Origin: Patescibacteria group bacterium
Lineage (GTDB): Bacteria; Patescibacteriota; Microgenomatia; UBA8517
Length of the DNA: 64,000 bases
Reading direction: 5' to 3'
Assembly (NCBI GenBank): GCA_035291665.1
Contig: DATDRP010000001.1
Span: 146,952-210,951 of the forward strand
The position numbers and the translations under genes are program-made. Positions 9,934 through 18,721 of this stretch are shown in pieces (within the stretch, counting starts at the first letter, position 1; every line of letters starts with the position of its first letter). The notes below the pieces were generated by a model. It made no database searches and was not told the DNA's origin. It saw only the letters and a list, made by a program, of their open reading frames with translations.

Positions 9934-10875
9934 ATGGCAAGACTGCCCTATAAAAAACTCAAACAAAGTGGTCAGGCAGTATTAATGATCGTACTTGTTT
10001 TATCCGTTGTATTAACGCTTGTTGTTTCGGCTGTAACAAGATCTGTAGTTGACCTTGATATTACAAAATATGACGATAACGCAATACGAGCATTTGATGC
10101 CGCACAAGCAGGTATTGAGCGAGTTTTAATCGGCGAAACGGTTCCACCCGGAACAACTCTTCAAAGCGGGGCAACGGTTACTGCTGCATCTACGGATTCA
10201 ACAACTGTTGCCAATATGTACTTATACCCGCTGGAACTTTATTCGGGAGAGTCGGCAGTATTCTGGTTTGTTAACCATAAATTAACCGCTTCCGGCGACT
10301 TGATTGTGGATTGCCTTATGGGTGGTTGTGTTACACCTGCTCAAGTCAGGTTTTGCTGGGGGACGCTTGGTACGGCCGGAGACGGCAACAGCAAAGCCCC
10401 GGCAATAGAAATTGAAACATATTATTCAACTTCCAGTCCCAGCCCTCAGTCTAAATATAATGATATGTATGACTGGTCGACAATTCAGACGAAAAAATTA
10501 AGTATAGATCCGAATACGACCCGGAGATTATCAAACAATTTCTCCGCTCCGGCAGTTGCGGGTGGAATCGGATGCGCTAACCCCATAAACTTTCAGTTTT
10601 CAACCAGGCATGATGACGACCTTGGTGACCTGGGGTACGAATCGCTGCCTAATGGAAGTTTGATATTAATAAGAGTAACAATGCTTTACAATGATGATAA
10701 AACTCATCCAATCGGAATCAGATCGTCCGGAAGCATTCCCCCTCAGGGAAGAGTAATAACATCCACCGGAGTGTCAGGTGACGCAACGCGAAAGTTAAGT
10801 CTTTACCAGGGTTTCCCTGAATTTCCGTTTGAATTTGGTTCGGTAATATTTTCTAAAGGTTCAATAACAAAATAA
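9934..10875 (+). CDS. PilX-like minor pilin
   Basis: GQAVLM signal lacking E5; A..AA.AGIE motif. Confidence 0.75.
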   Translation: MARLPYKKLKQSGQAVLMIVLVLSVVLTLVVSAVTRSVVDLDITKYDDNAIRAFDAAQAGIERVLIGETVPPGTTLQSGATVTAASTDSTTVANMYLYPLELYSGESAVFWFVNHKLTASGDLIVDCLMGGCVTPAQVRFCWGTLGTAGDGNSKAPAIEIETYYSTSSPSPQSKYNDMYDWSTIQTKKLSIDPNTTRRLSNNFSAPAVAGGIGCANPINFQFSTRHDDDLGDLGYESLPNGSLILIRVTMLYNDDKTHPIGIRSSGSIPPQGRVITSTGVSGDATRKLSLYQGFPEFPFEFGSVIFSKGSITK

Positions 10876-10878
10876 AAT

Positions 10879-11889
10879 ATGATTGGTCTGGATATTGGTT
10901 CCAAAACAATAAAAATAGTCGAACTGGAAAAAGATCATGATGGATATGCTCTTAAAGCCAGCGGTATTATCGGATATAAAAGCACTTCTCCCGAACACCT
11001 GGCAGATGACCGCGAAATTGCAGTTTTATCAGATGTGGTCCGAAAGCTCGTACATGAGGCAAAAATAAGCTCAAACGATGTTATTGTTTCGCTTCCCGAA
11101 ACGCAGGTTTATACCCGGCTTGTAAGATACCCGCTTCTTACTGATTCCGAAATTGCATCAGCAATAAAGTGGGAGGCTGAACAATATATCCCTTTTCCAA
11201 TCGAAGAAGCGGAAATTGATCATCAGATTATAGATAAAAACGAAACCACAACTCCCCCGCAGGTTTTTGTCCTTTTAATCGCAGCTCCCAAAATACTGAT
11301 AAAGCGCTATGTAAAACTGATAGAAATGTCAAAATTGAATTTGGTAGCGATTGAAACTGAACTTATGGCAATGTCCCGGTCGATTTGTCCTCCTGATGCT
11401 ACGGTTATGGTTGCCGATTTTGGTGCAAGATCAACAAATATCGCGATAGTCAGGAATATGAACTTAATGATGAGCAGGTCAATTCCGACAGCGGGTGATG
11501 CACTAACACGGGCTGTAGCACAGGGATTGGGCATTGAAGCTCAGCAAGCTGAGGAATATAAAAAAACCTACGGCGTGGCATCTAATGAGCTTGAAGGACG
11601 CATTAAAGAAATCATGTACCCGGTGCTTCGTGTTGTTGCCGATGAAATGAAAAAAGCGATTCATTACTATCAGGCAGAAGGTGAAGGAAATCCTCCAAAA
11701 ACAATCGTTTTGTCCGGAGGAAGTTCCGGTATGCCTGAAGTCGTGTCTATCATGACAGAGCTTTTAGGTTTGGAAGTTGTAATAGGAAACCCTTTCAGCA
11801 GATTAAAAATAGATCCGTCAGTAACAAAATCCCTAACCGGTTATGCTCCTTTTTATTCAATAGCAGTAGGCCTTGCGATGAGGTCGTAA
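10879..11889 (+). CDS. pilM: type IV pilus assembly protein PilM
   Basis: GLDIGSKTIK, EAEQYIPF, LSGGS, AVGLAMR. Confidence 0.95.
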   Translation: MIGLDIGSKTIKIVELEKDHDGYALKASGIIGYKSTSPEHLADDREIAVLSDVVRKLVHEAKISSNDVIVSLPETQVYTRLVRYPLLTDSEIASAIKWEAEQYIPFPIEEAEIDHQIIDKNETTTPPQVFVLLIAAPKILIKRYVKLIEMSKLNLVAIETELMAMSRSICPPDATVMVADFGARSTNIAIVRNMNLMMSRSIPTAGDALTRAVAQGLGIEAQQAEEYKKTYGVASNELEGRIKEIMYPVLRVVADEMKKAIHYYQAEGEGNPPKTIVLSGGSSGMPEVVSIMTELLGLEVVIGNPFSRLKIDPSVTKSLTGYAPFYSIAVGLAMRS

Positions 11890-11890
11890 T

Positions 11891-12430
11891 ATGAATCAGA
11901 TCAATTTATTACCAAAAGAAGAGCGGAAAACCCAAGGTGTAACGGATTTAAAGAGAAAATTAGAAATAATCCTTATTTTGTTGGTCGCGGTATTTGTTAT
12001 ATCAGTTTCTTCTGCATTCGGCGCCACTCTCTATTTAAACAACAAATTAAAAGGACTTGTTTCAGAAAAAGATAAACTTGAAGCGGAAGTTAAGTCTTTA
12101 AGTCAGGCAGAAACAAAAACTATATATTTAAGAAATAGAGTTGAAAAATATAATTTAATAAAAACAGAAAATAACGAAATAGACGCGTTTACAACATTTG
12201 AGAATTTGGCTAAAGATTTTCCTGCAGATTCCGAATTCGGTCAATTAATAATTACTTCATCATCAATTAGTTTTGAGATTAAAATTCGGTCATTGGAATC
12301 GCTTGCCTACATGATTGACCTGATATTAAAAAGCGATAAATACGATCATGTGTTTATTAATAACTTGATTATTCAGGATAAAGATTTTCGATATGTTTTA
12401 GTATTGAGCTTAAATACGAAACAGGTATGA
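11891..12430 (+). CDS. pilN: PilN-like protein
   Basis: INLLP motif, single TM, follows pilM. Confidence 0.8.
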   Translation: MNQINLLPKEERKTQGVTDLKRKLEIILILLVAVFVISVSSAFGATLYLNNKLKGLVSEKDKLEAEVKSLSQAETKTIYLRNRVEKYNLIKTENNEIDAFTTFENLAKDFPADSEFGQLIITSSSISFEIKIRSLESLAYMIDLILKSDKYDHVFINNLIIQDKDFRYVLVLSLNTKQV

Positions 12431-13164
12431 AGGATATAAAATTTAATTTAAATAGTTTAGGTAAAGATGCAAGAGCCGTTGGAATTATCGTTTTCGGATA
12501 TGTTATCTTATTGGTGATGTTTATTGCGGGTTTTAATAATTTTTATCGGAATATCACTTCAATTCTTAGTAATATAAAAACCTCTGAGAATGATATTAAA
12601 GCTTTTTCAGCAAAAGCCGAGTCACTAACCGTTATCGAAGAAAAGCTTCCCAGCAATATGCTTGATATACAAATTGCCGTACCCGATGATGAACCGATAT
12701 TATTTTTATATACAAATATCAAAAGATTAGTTTCGGAAAATAATCTTGTTCCGGTATCGGTAGATCTGATACTTGCCGATAAAAGTGAAGCCGAGATGTC
12801 CGTTTCAAAGTTGAATATAATTTTGAATGGCAGTAAAAAAGATATGCTGAATCTGGTGACGCAAATTAAAACGATTGCACCCGCAACAACTATCGACACC
12901 ATAGATTTTGAGAAGTACGCAAACGATGTGAGCATCGGGGCTACGATTAATCTCCAAACATATTCATCACCTCTTCCCAAAGTAATTCCTTCGGGTAAGT
13001 CAAGTATTCAAAAATTAACCCCAACCGAGGAGGAAGTTATTCAGGACTTGCTCTCTTTGACAAAACCGCCAGTAAAATCATATGAAGCTCAAGAAAAAAA
13101 ATCCGGTCAAATTGATCCGTTTAATATATTTTTCGAAAATCCGACACCGACACCTACTCCATAA
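12427..13164 (+). CDS. PilO-like protein
   Basis: TM plus coiled coil, DPF, PT tail; follows pilN. Confidence 0.65.
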   Translation: MKDIKFNLNSLGKDARAVGIIVFGYVILLVMFIAGFNNFYRNITSILSNIKTSENDIKAFSAKAESLTVIEEKLPSNMLDIQIAVPDDEPILFLYTNIKRLVSENNLVPVSVDLILADKSEAEMSVSKLNIILNGSKKDMLNLVTQIKTIAPATTIDTIDFEKYANDVSIGATINLQTYSSPLPKVIPSGKSSIQKLTPTEEEVIQDLLSLTKPPVKSYEAQEKKSGQIDPFNIFFENPTPTPTP

Positions 13165-13217
13165 AAGTAAATTGAATGTAAATCAACTGAAGTTCAAATT
13201 GACCGAAATTGATGGAG

Positions 13218-13454
13218 TTACTCTTTTTCCTGAACTTCAAGAGTGAAACCCTTTTTATCGAGTGTTGCTTTTGATCTAAGGATTGCTCTTATGGCATTAA
13301 TAGTTTTTCCCTCTTTCCCGATTACTAATCCGATAAGTTCTTTTGGAAGCTTAGCCGTCAACTTAATAAAACCGTCATCCGAAGTTTCTTCAACAACCTC
13401 AAAGGTTTCAACCCCGGTTAAGTTTTTCAATAAGTAGGAAAGTAAATCTTTCAT
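13218..13454 (-). CDS. KH-domain RNA-binding protein (KhpA-like)
   Basis: GLVIGKEGKTINAIR; downstream of rpsP. Confidence 0.9.
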   Translation of the reverse strand: MKDLLSYLLKNLTGVETFEVVEETSDDGFIKLTAKLPKELIGLVIGKEGKTINAIRAILRSKATLDKKGFTLEVQEKE

Positions 13455-13459
13455 TTATT

Positions 13460-13675
13460 TTAAATTAGCTTTTTAACAGCCGGCGTAACAACTGCTCCTT
13501 TTGCGACCCAATAATCAACTTTCTTCAAATCTATCTTTTTTATTTTTTTTATTGGATCCCAAGTTCCGACAATGTCTACCGCTTTACCGCCGCGTTTTTT
13601 CATTTCGTCAATTGCGATAATTCTATAGAACAATACGTTTTTTGCTCCTTTTCTTGATAATCTGATTTTTAACAT
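13460..13675 (-). CDS. rpsP: 30S ribosomal protein S16
   Basis: MLKIRLSRKGAK..FYRI; W...GA..T..V. Confidence 0.95.
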   Translation of the reverse strand: MLKIRLSRKGAKNVLFYRIIAIDEMKKRGGKAVDIVGTWDPIKKIKKIDLKKVDYWVAKGAVVTPAVKKLI

Positions 13676-13737
13676 ATGCTTATAATTAACCCTAATTTTT
13701 AAGGCAATAGTGTGATTTTACTGATTTTTAGTTGAAT

Positions 13738-14406
13738 TTACAAGAATTTAGCCAATGCAGCTTCTGCAGCACTTTGTGCAGCTTCACTTTTATTTTTTCC
13801 TGTTCCTTTCGCAATTGCTTTATTGTCGACGACAACTTCAATCGTGAACTGTTTTGCATGATCTGGACCCTCCTCTTTTACGACCTGATATTTTGGAGCC
13901 GGCAATCCTTTGGATTGGACAATTTCTTGGAATGCGCTTTTGGAATCTTTAAGCGGAAGTTTTTCGATATCAGCCATTTTTGAGAGAATGTTGGCATTTA
14001 TAAATTCCCCGGCTTTCTCTACACCCCCGTCGATGAACAAAGAACCGATTATGGCCTCTATTGTATCGGCCAATAAAGATTGGTTGCTTCTTCCCCCGCC
14101 GTCTTCTTCCCCTTTGGAAAGATATATATATTTACCGACATTCAGGGATTCCGCAACTTTTGATAAACTGACTGTATTTACCAGTTTTGCCCTGAAAGCC
14201 GTCAGATAACCCTCCTCTTCATTCGGGAATTTATTATATAAATAGGAGGAGACCACATATTCCAAAATAGCATCTCCGAGAAATTCCAACCTTTCGTTGG
14301 ATCGTCTTATGCCTTTGTGTTCATTCACCCACGATTTGTGAGTTAAGGCAAGCTCCATAAGCTCAGTATTTTTATATAGTGTTTTTAATATTTCTATATC
14401 GTCCAT
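13738..14406 (-). CDS. rnc: ribonuclease III
   Basis: NERLEFLGDA plus dsRBD. Confidence 0.97.
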   Translation of the reverse strand: MDDIEILKTLYKNTELMELALTHKSWVNEHKGIRRSNERLEFLGDAILEYVVSSYLYNKFPNEEEGYLTAFRAKLVNTVSLSKVAESLNVGKYIYLSKGEEDGGGRSNQSLLADTIEAIIGSLFIDGGVEKAGEFINANILSKMADIEKLPLKDSKSAFQEIVQSKGLPAPKYQVVKEEGPDHAKQFTIEVVVDNKAIAKGTGKNKSEAAQSAAEAALAKFL

Positions 14407-14421
14407 ATTTTGATTGAATAA

Positions 14422-14685
14422 TTAAAGTTCGTCATCGATTAATTGTTCAAAAAGCTCCTGCAAAGTTTCAATTGATTGAAGATTTACAGAATGAGTCGGA
14501 AATCCGTTTTCGTCAAGGATTTCCAGAAAATCAGTAATTTGCGCGGGGTCCATATGAAGATCGTCTTTGATGCTGTCATCAAGATTAATATCATCTTTCG
14601 AAACACCAAGAAATTCAGACAATAATATTTTTACCTGATTAAGTTTCTTGGGGTCAAGTGCTATAGCAACGTTATCGTCATCCAT
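14422..14685 (-). CDS. acyl carrier protein-like, lacking the phosphopantetheine serine
   Basis: Acidic 87 aa with ACP pattern; DDLHMDPA in place of DLGADSL; next to rnc. Confidence 0.7.
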   Translation of the reverse strand: MDDDNVAIALDPKKLNQVKILLSEFLGVSKDDINLDDSIKDDLHMDPAQITDFLEILDENGFPTHSVNLQSIETLQELFEQLIDDEL

Positions 14686-14687
14686 TT

Positions 14688-15038
14688 TTATTCCTCCTTA
14701 TATATTGTACCCAAAACTCCGTTTATAAATGAAGGTGAATTTTCTGAACCGTATTCTTTAGCTAATTCCACGGCCTCATCAATCACAACCTTAGGGGGTA
14801 TCTTATCATATTTCAGCTCGTATATAGCAAGACGTAAAATTGCCAGATCGATGCGGTTCAGGTTGTTCACCGGCCAGGCAGGTGCCGAATTTTTAATAAT
14901 TTCGTCGATAACTTTAAGTTTTGTTTTAATTCTTACGACAATCTCAGGAAGACGTTTTTGTTTTGCAAAACTTTCAGCAAATAGCGCTTTGACTGCATTC
15001 TTTCTGTAAACATGTCTCGGATCTTTTGCCGTTTTCAT
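14688..15038 (-). CDS. nusB: transcription antitermination factor NusB
   Basis: [25 protein letters not shown]. Confidence 0.95.
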   Translation of the reverse strand: MKTAKDPRHVYRKNAVKALFAESFAKQKRLPEIVVRIKTKLKVIDEIIKNSAPAWPVNNLNRIDLAILRLAIYELKYDKIPPKVVIDEAVELAKEYGSENSPSFINGVLGTIYKEE

Positions 15039-15085
15039 TGTAAGAAAAAAATAAAAACACGAGGTTTTTTGGCGAACCGCCTTTT

Positions 15086-15241
15086 TTACTTATAAAATCC
15101 GCAATAAGGGCATGCCTTATGGGGAAGTTTGAGTTTTTTGCACGACGGACATTTTGTCAATTGGGGTAAAATTGCTCTTTTATTGCCCCTCCTTTTACCT
15201 GAGCGTGAACGTGTATGTCTGCGTTTGGGTAGTGGTGTCAT
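15086..15241 (-). CDS. rpmF: 50S ribosomal protein L32
   Basis: Manual translation [18 protein letters not shown]...CPSC...[12 protein letters not shown] (51 aa, below track cutoff). Confidence 0.93.
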   Translation of the reverse strand: MTPLPKRRHTRSRSGKRRGNKRAILPQLTKCPSCKKLKLPHKACPYCGFYK

Positions 15242-15329
15242 AAAAAAATTTCTGAAATAATTTCAGAACTTTTTGATTTTAGCTTAAAAAGTAAAATAAC
15301 TCAATGGTTGTAAAAATACGTTTACTATT

Positions 15330-17345
15330 CTAATTTAATACGTAATCTTTAGGTTTAAATTTCTTTAATATTTTATTATATCTTTTGGGATATTTGACGA
15401 TTTCTTCAGCGAAAATTCTTGTCTTTTCAATCAGTTCGAAATCACTCCAGGATGCAATTTTCAGCTCATCAAATCCATGCTGTAATGTTCCATAAATTTG
15501 GCCTGGACCTCTCAGTTTGAGATCCAATTCGGCAAGTTCAAATCCTGACAATGATTTCTGAAGAGCCAAAAGCCGGTTTTTGACTTTTTCAGAGTTAGAA
15601 TTTGAGAAAAGCATGCAATAGGATTTTTTTGTACCTCTTCCGATCCTACCCCGCAATTGATGCAATTGGGCAAGACCGAACCTTTCAGCAGCCTCGATGA
15701 TCATAATGTTTGCATTTGCAACATCAATTCCAACTTCAACTACAGGTGTTGTTACCAGGATATCGGTAAATCCCTGCTTAAAATTATTAATAACTTTTTC
15801 CTTCTCGTTTAGTTTTAATCTTCCATGAAGAAGTCCGACTTTGAAACTCTTAAAAACATTTTTAATATTTTCAAATTCAACCGTAGCGGCTTTAATCTGC
15901 GACATCGTATCAATTTCGGATTCTTCGATGAGAGGGCAAACAATATATGCCTGAGTTTTTTGTCTTTTTAATTCTTTACCAATCCAGGAATATGCATTCT
16001 CTCTTTTTCGTGAAGGAACTATCCATGTTGAGATCGGGACTCTTCCTTTTGGAAGTTCATGGAGGATTGAAAGAGTAAGATCACCATAAATAGTTAGTGC
16101 AATGGTACGCGGAATCGGTGTAGCCGTCATGGTCAAAATGTGCGGACTTTTGCTTTGTAGTCCGATTTTCCTCACCAGATGGTTTCTTTGCTCAACGCCG
16201 AAACGGTGCTGTTCATCGATAACCACTAATGCGACGTTTTGGCTATCAATAACGCGGTGAATTAATGCATGTGTGCCTATATATATGTCGGACGATCCCA
16301 AATCGCCTTTTTCTCCGGCGGATGTAATCAGTTTCGCTCTTATTTTGTAGGGTTCAAAGAGTTTTGTAATTGTTTCAAAATGTTGCGATGCTAATATTTG
16401 GGTTGGCGCCATAATAACTGATTGATATCCGTTTAAAAATGCCGTAAAAGCAGCTGTTGCCGCAACGACTGTTTTTCCGCTTCCTACGTCGCCCTCCAGA
16501 AGCCTGTTCATAGGGACATTTTTTTTCATATCATTGAGAATTTCTTCGCAGGCGTTGATTTGAGAAATTGTTAATTTGAAGGGAAGGTTTTTGATAAATT
16601 GATCTATTTTTTCATCATCAATCTTAAGCTTGAATAAAGTTGCATTTTTTTCCCAATAGCGTTTTCGGTAAAGACTTTTGAGGTGTAAAAATAGCATTTC
16701 GTCAAAAGCAAACCTTTTTCTTGCTGTTTGTGCTTCGGCGATATTATCAGGAAAATGAATTTTTTTGATTGTCTTATTAATTTCCCAAAGATGATATTTG
16801 GATCTATCCTCACCAGATATATACTCATCATAGAAACTGTTATTTTCCAGAAGAAAATGAATTCTGCCTCTTAGCCATTTTGAAGAAAGACCCTTGGTTT
16901 GGGGATAAACTGGCACGATCCTTCCGGTATTAATACTGTCGCCACTGACCATTTCATATTCGGGAGATACCATTGACAATATACTTCCGAAGTAACCGAC
17001 CTCTCCCGAGAAAGAAAAACGCATTCCCTTTTTAATTGTCATAATCAAATATGGTTGGTTGAACCATATAACTTTTAATTTTCCTGTATCGTCTTCCACT
17101 TCGCTAAGCTGCATTTTTTTACCGCTTTTCGTATATTGGTTCTTAATAAATTTTATTTCACCGGTTATTGTAATCTGATCTCCGGGATGCACATGGCCAA
17201 TTTTTGTAATTTTTGAATAATCGATATACCTGAAGGGAATGTGCTTCAAAAGATCGTCAATTTTATTGATACCAACGCTTTTCAGTCGATTAACGTATAC
17301 CGGTCCGACTTTGACAAGTTTGGAAACAGGATCGTTTAGCTTCAT
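15330..17345 (-). CDS. recG: ATP-dependent DNA helicase RecG
   Basis: GDVGSGKT, DEQHRFG, MTATPIPRT, QLHQLRGRIGRG. Confidence 0.97.
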   Translation of the reverse strand: MKLNDPVSKLVKVGPVYVNRLKSVGINKIDDLLKHIPFRYIDYSKITKIGHVHPGDQITITGEIKFIKNQYTKSGKKMQLSEVEDDTGKLKVIWFNQPYLIMTIKKGMRFSFSGEVGYFGSILSMVSPEYEMVSGDSINTGRIVPVYPQTKGLSSKWLRGRIHFLLENNSFYDEYISGEDRSKYHLWEINKTIKKIHFPDNIAEAQTARKRFAFDEMLFLHLKSLYRKRYWEKNATLFKLKIDDEKIDQFIKNLPFKLTISQINACEEILNDMKKNVPMNRLLEGDVGSGKTVVAATAAFTAFLNGYQSVIMAPTQILASQHFETITKLFEPYKIRAKLITSAGEKGDLGSSDIYIGTHALIHRVIDSQNVALVVIDEQHRFGVEQRNHLVRKIGLQSKSPHILTMTATPIPRTIALTIYGDLTLSILHELPKGRVPISTWIVPSRKRENAYSWIGKELKRQKTQAYIVCPLIEESEIDTMSQIKAATVEFENIKNVFKSFKVGLLHGRLKLNEKEKVINNFKQGFTDILVTTPVVEVGIDVANANIMIIEAAERFGLAQLHQLRGRIGRGTKKSYCMLFSNSNSEKVKNRLLALQKSLSGFELAELDLKLRGPGQIYGTLQHGFDELKIASWSDFELIEKTRIFAEEIVKYPKRYNKILKKFKPKDYVLN

Positions 17346-17412
17346 ATTTACATGATACCACCAAATAGATAAAGGAGCGGATTATGATAGGGTTAGTGAA
17401 TCTAAACTGAAT

Positions 17413-17517
17413 CTAAAGATAAAAAAGAAACGGTATAAAGGTCGTCAAAAGAAGTGCAACGGTCGCAATTATGACCACGATTTTAACAATTTTTTTTTGC
17501 CTTTTTGATCGAAGCAT
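17413..17517 (-). CDS. small single-pass membrane protein (34 aa)
   Basis: MLRSKRQKKIVKIVVIIATVALLLTTFIPFLFYL, starting 1 nt after the tyrS stop. Confidence 0.55.
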   Translation of the reverse strand: MLRSKRQKKIVKIVVIIATVALLLTTFIPFLFYL

Positions 17518-17518
17518 T

Positions 17519-18667
17519 TTATTTTATTTTTAAAAATACTTTCTCGCCGACTTTGACTTCATCGCCAGATTTAAGTTTATGTCCGGGATTTGTAATCGTC
17601 TCGCCATTCACATCTACTGCCTGTTGCGAAATTAAACGCTTCGCATCAGTGGTGCTTTTTAACGAAGTGTACGGTGCAATTGTTGAGGCTAAATTTTCAA
17701 GTGCGTTTACCATTTGATCAAAGACAGGAGTATTGTCCTGAAAAGTTTTTTCAAAAGACTCCTGTGCCAGGTCAGCCTTTTCATTCCCCCAAATATTTTT
17801 GACTATTTCCCAAGCGAGTGCTTTTTTTTGTCCCATTGGATCTTTTTTTATCGCCTGCTCAAGACCTTTCAAGTCAATATTAGTAAGGAGCTCATACGTA
17901 AGATAAATACCCTCATCAGGAAACGACATAACTCCGCCGTAAAATTTTTCGGGTCCGGAACTTAAGAACAAAGCATTACCCGTAGTTTTTCCGATTTTTT
18001 CACCGTTATCGTCAACAAGAAGTTTTGTTCCAAGAACATATTTATCAATGTTTTTTAAGGCTTTTGAAAGCGATCGCCCGATTAGCATGTTGAAAATCTG
18101 ATCAGTTCCCCCTATTTCAAGATCCACGCCCATTTCTGCGCTGTCATATCCTTGAGCGACCGGATATAAAAACTCATGAAGATAGATCGGCTTTCCGTCT
18201 TTTAGACGTTTTTGGAACATATCTCTCTCAATCAGCTGCTGTACAGTCAGGTTTGAAGTGATATCGATTAGATCTTTGAAATTTATCTTATCGCTCCATT
18301 CTGAATTATATTTAAGTTCAGCAGCATTTTCTCCCTCGAAGTTTAATATGTTATTAATTTGGTCTTTCCAGAGTGATGAATTTTTTAAGACTTCATCGCG
18401 GGTCAATTTTTTTCTGACCGCCAGCTTATCGGTTGGATCACCGATCATACCGGTGAAGTCGCCGACCAAAAAAATTATCTTGTGTCCGAGTTTTTGGAAT
18501 TGAGCCAATTTCATTATCCCAACAAGATTCCCTAAATGAAGAGAATCGGAGGACGGGTCAAACCCCTGGTACAAAGTAATTTTTTTAGCTTCCATCAAAT
18601 TTTTTAATGACTCTTTTGACGGAAGAATTTTTTCTACACCTCTTGTTAACACCTCATCAATATCCAT
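17519..18667 (-). CDS. tyrS: tyrosine--tRNA ligase
   Basis: GFDPS..LHLGN, GGTDQ, KIGKT, S4 domain. Confidence 0.97.
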   Translation of the reverse strand: MDIDEVLTRGVEKILPSKESLKNLMEAKKITLYQGFDPSSDSLHLGNLVGIMKLAQFQKLGHKIIFLVGDFTGMIGDPTDKLAVRKKLTRDEVLKNSSLWKDQINNILNFEGENAAELKYNSEWSDKINFKDLIDITSNLTVQQLIERDMFQKRLKDGKPIYLHEFLYPVAQGYDSAEMGVDLEIGGTDQIFNMLIGRSLSKALKNIDKYVLGTKLLVDDNGEKIGKTTGNALFLSSGPEKFYGGVMSFPDEGIYLTYELLTNIDLKGLEQAIKKDPMGQKKALAWEIVKNIWGNEKADLAQESFEKTFQDNTPVFDQMVNALENLASTIAPYTSLKSTTDAKRLISQQAVDVNGETITNPGHKLKSGDEVKVGEKVFLKIK

Positions 18668-18721
18668 AAGATAATTTTAAATCAGTTTGGCATGAATATA
18701 AAGGTGTATTAAAATAAGAGT

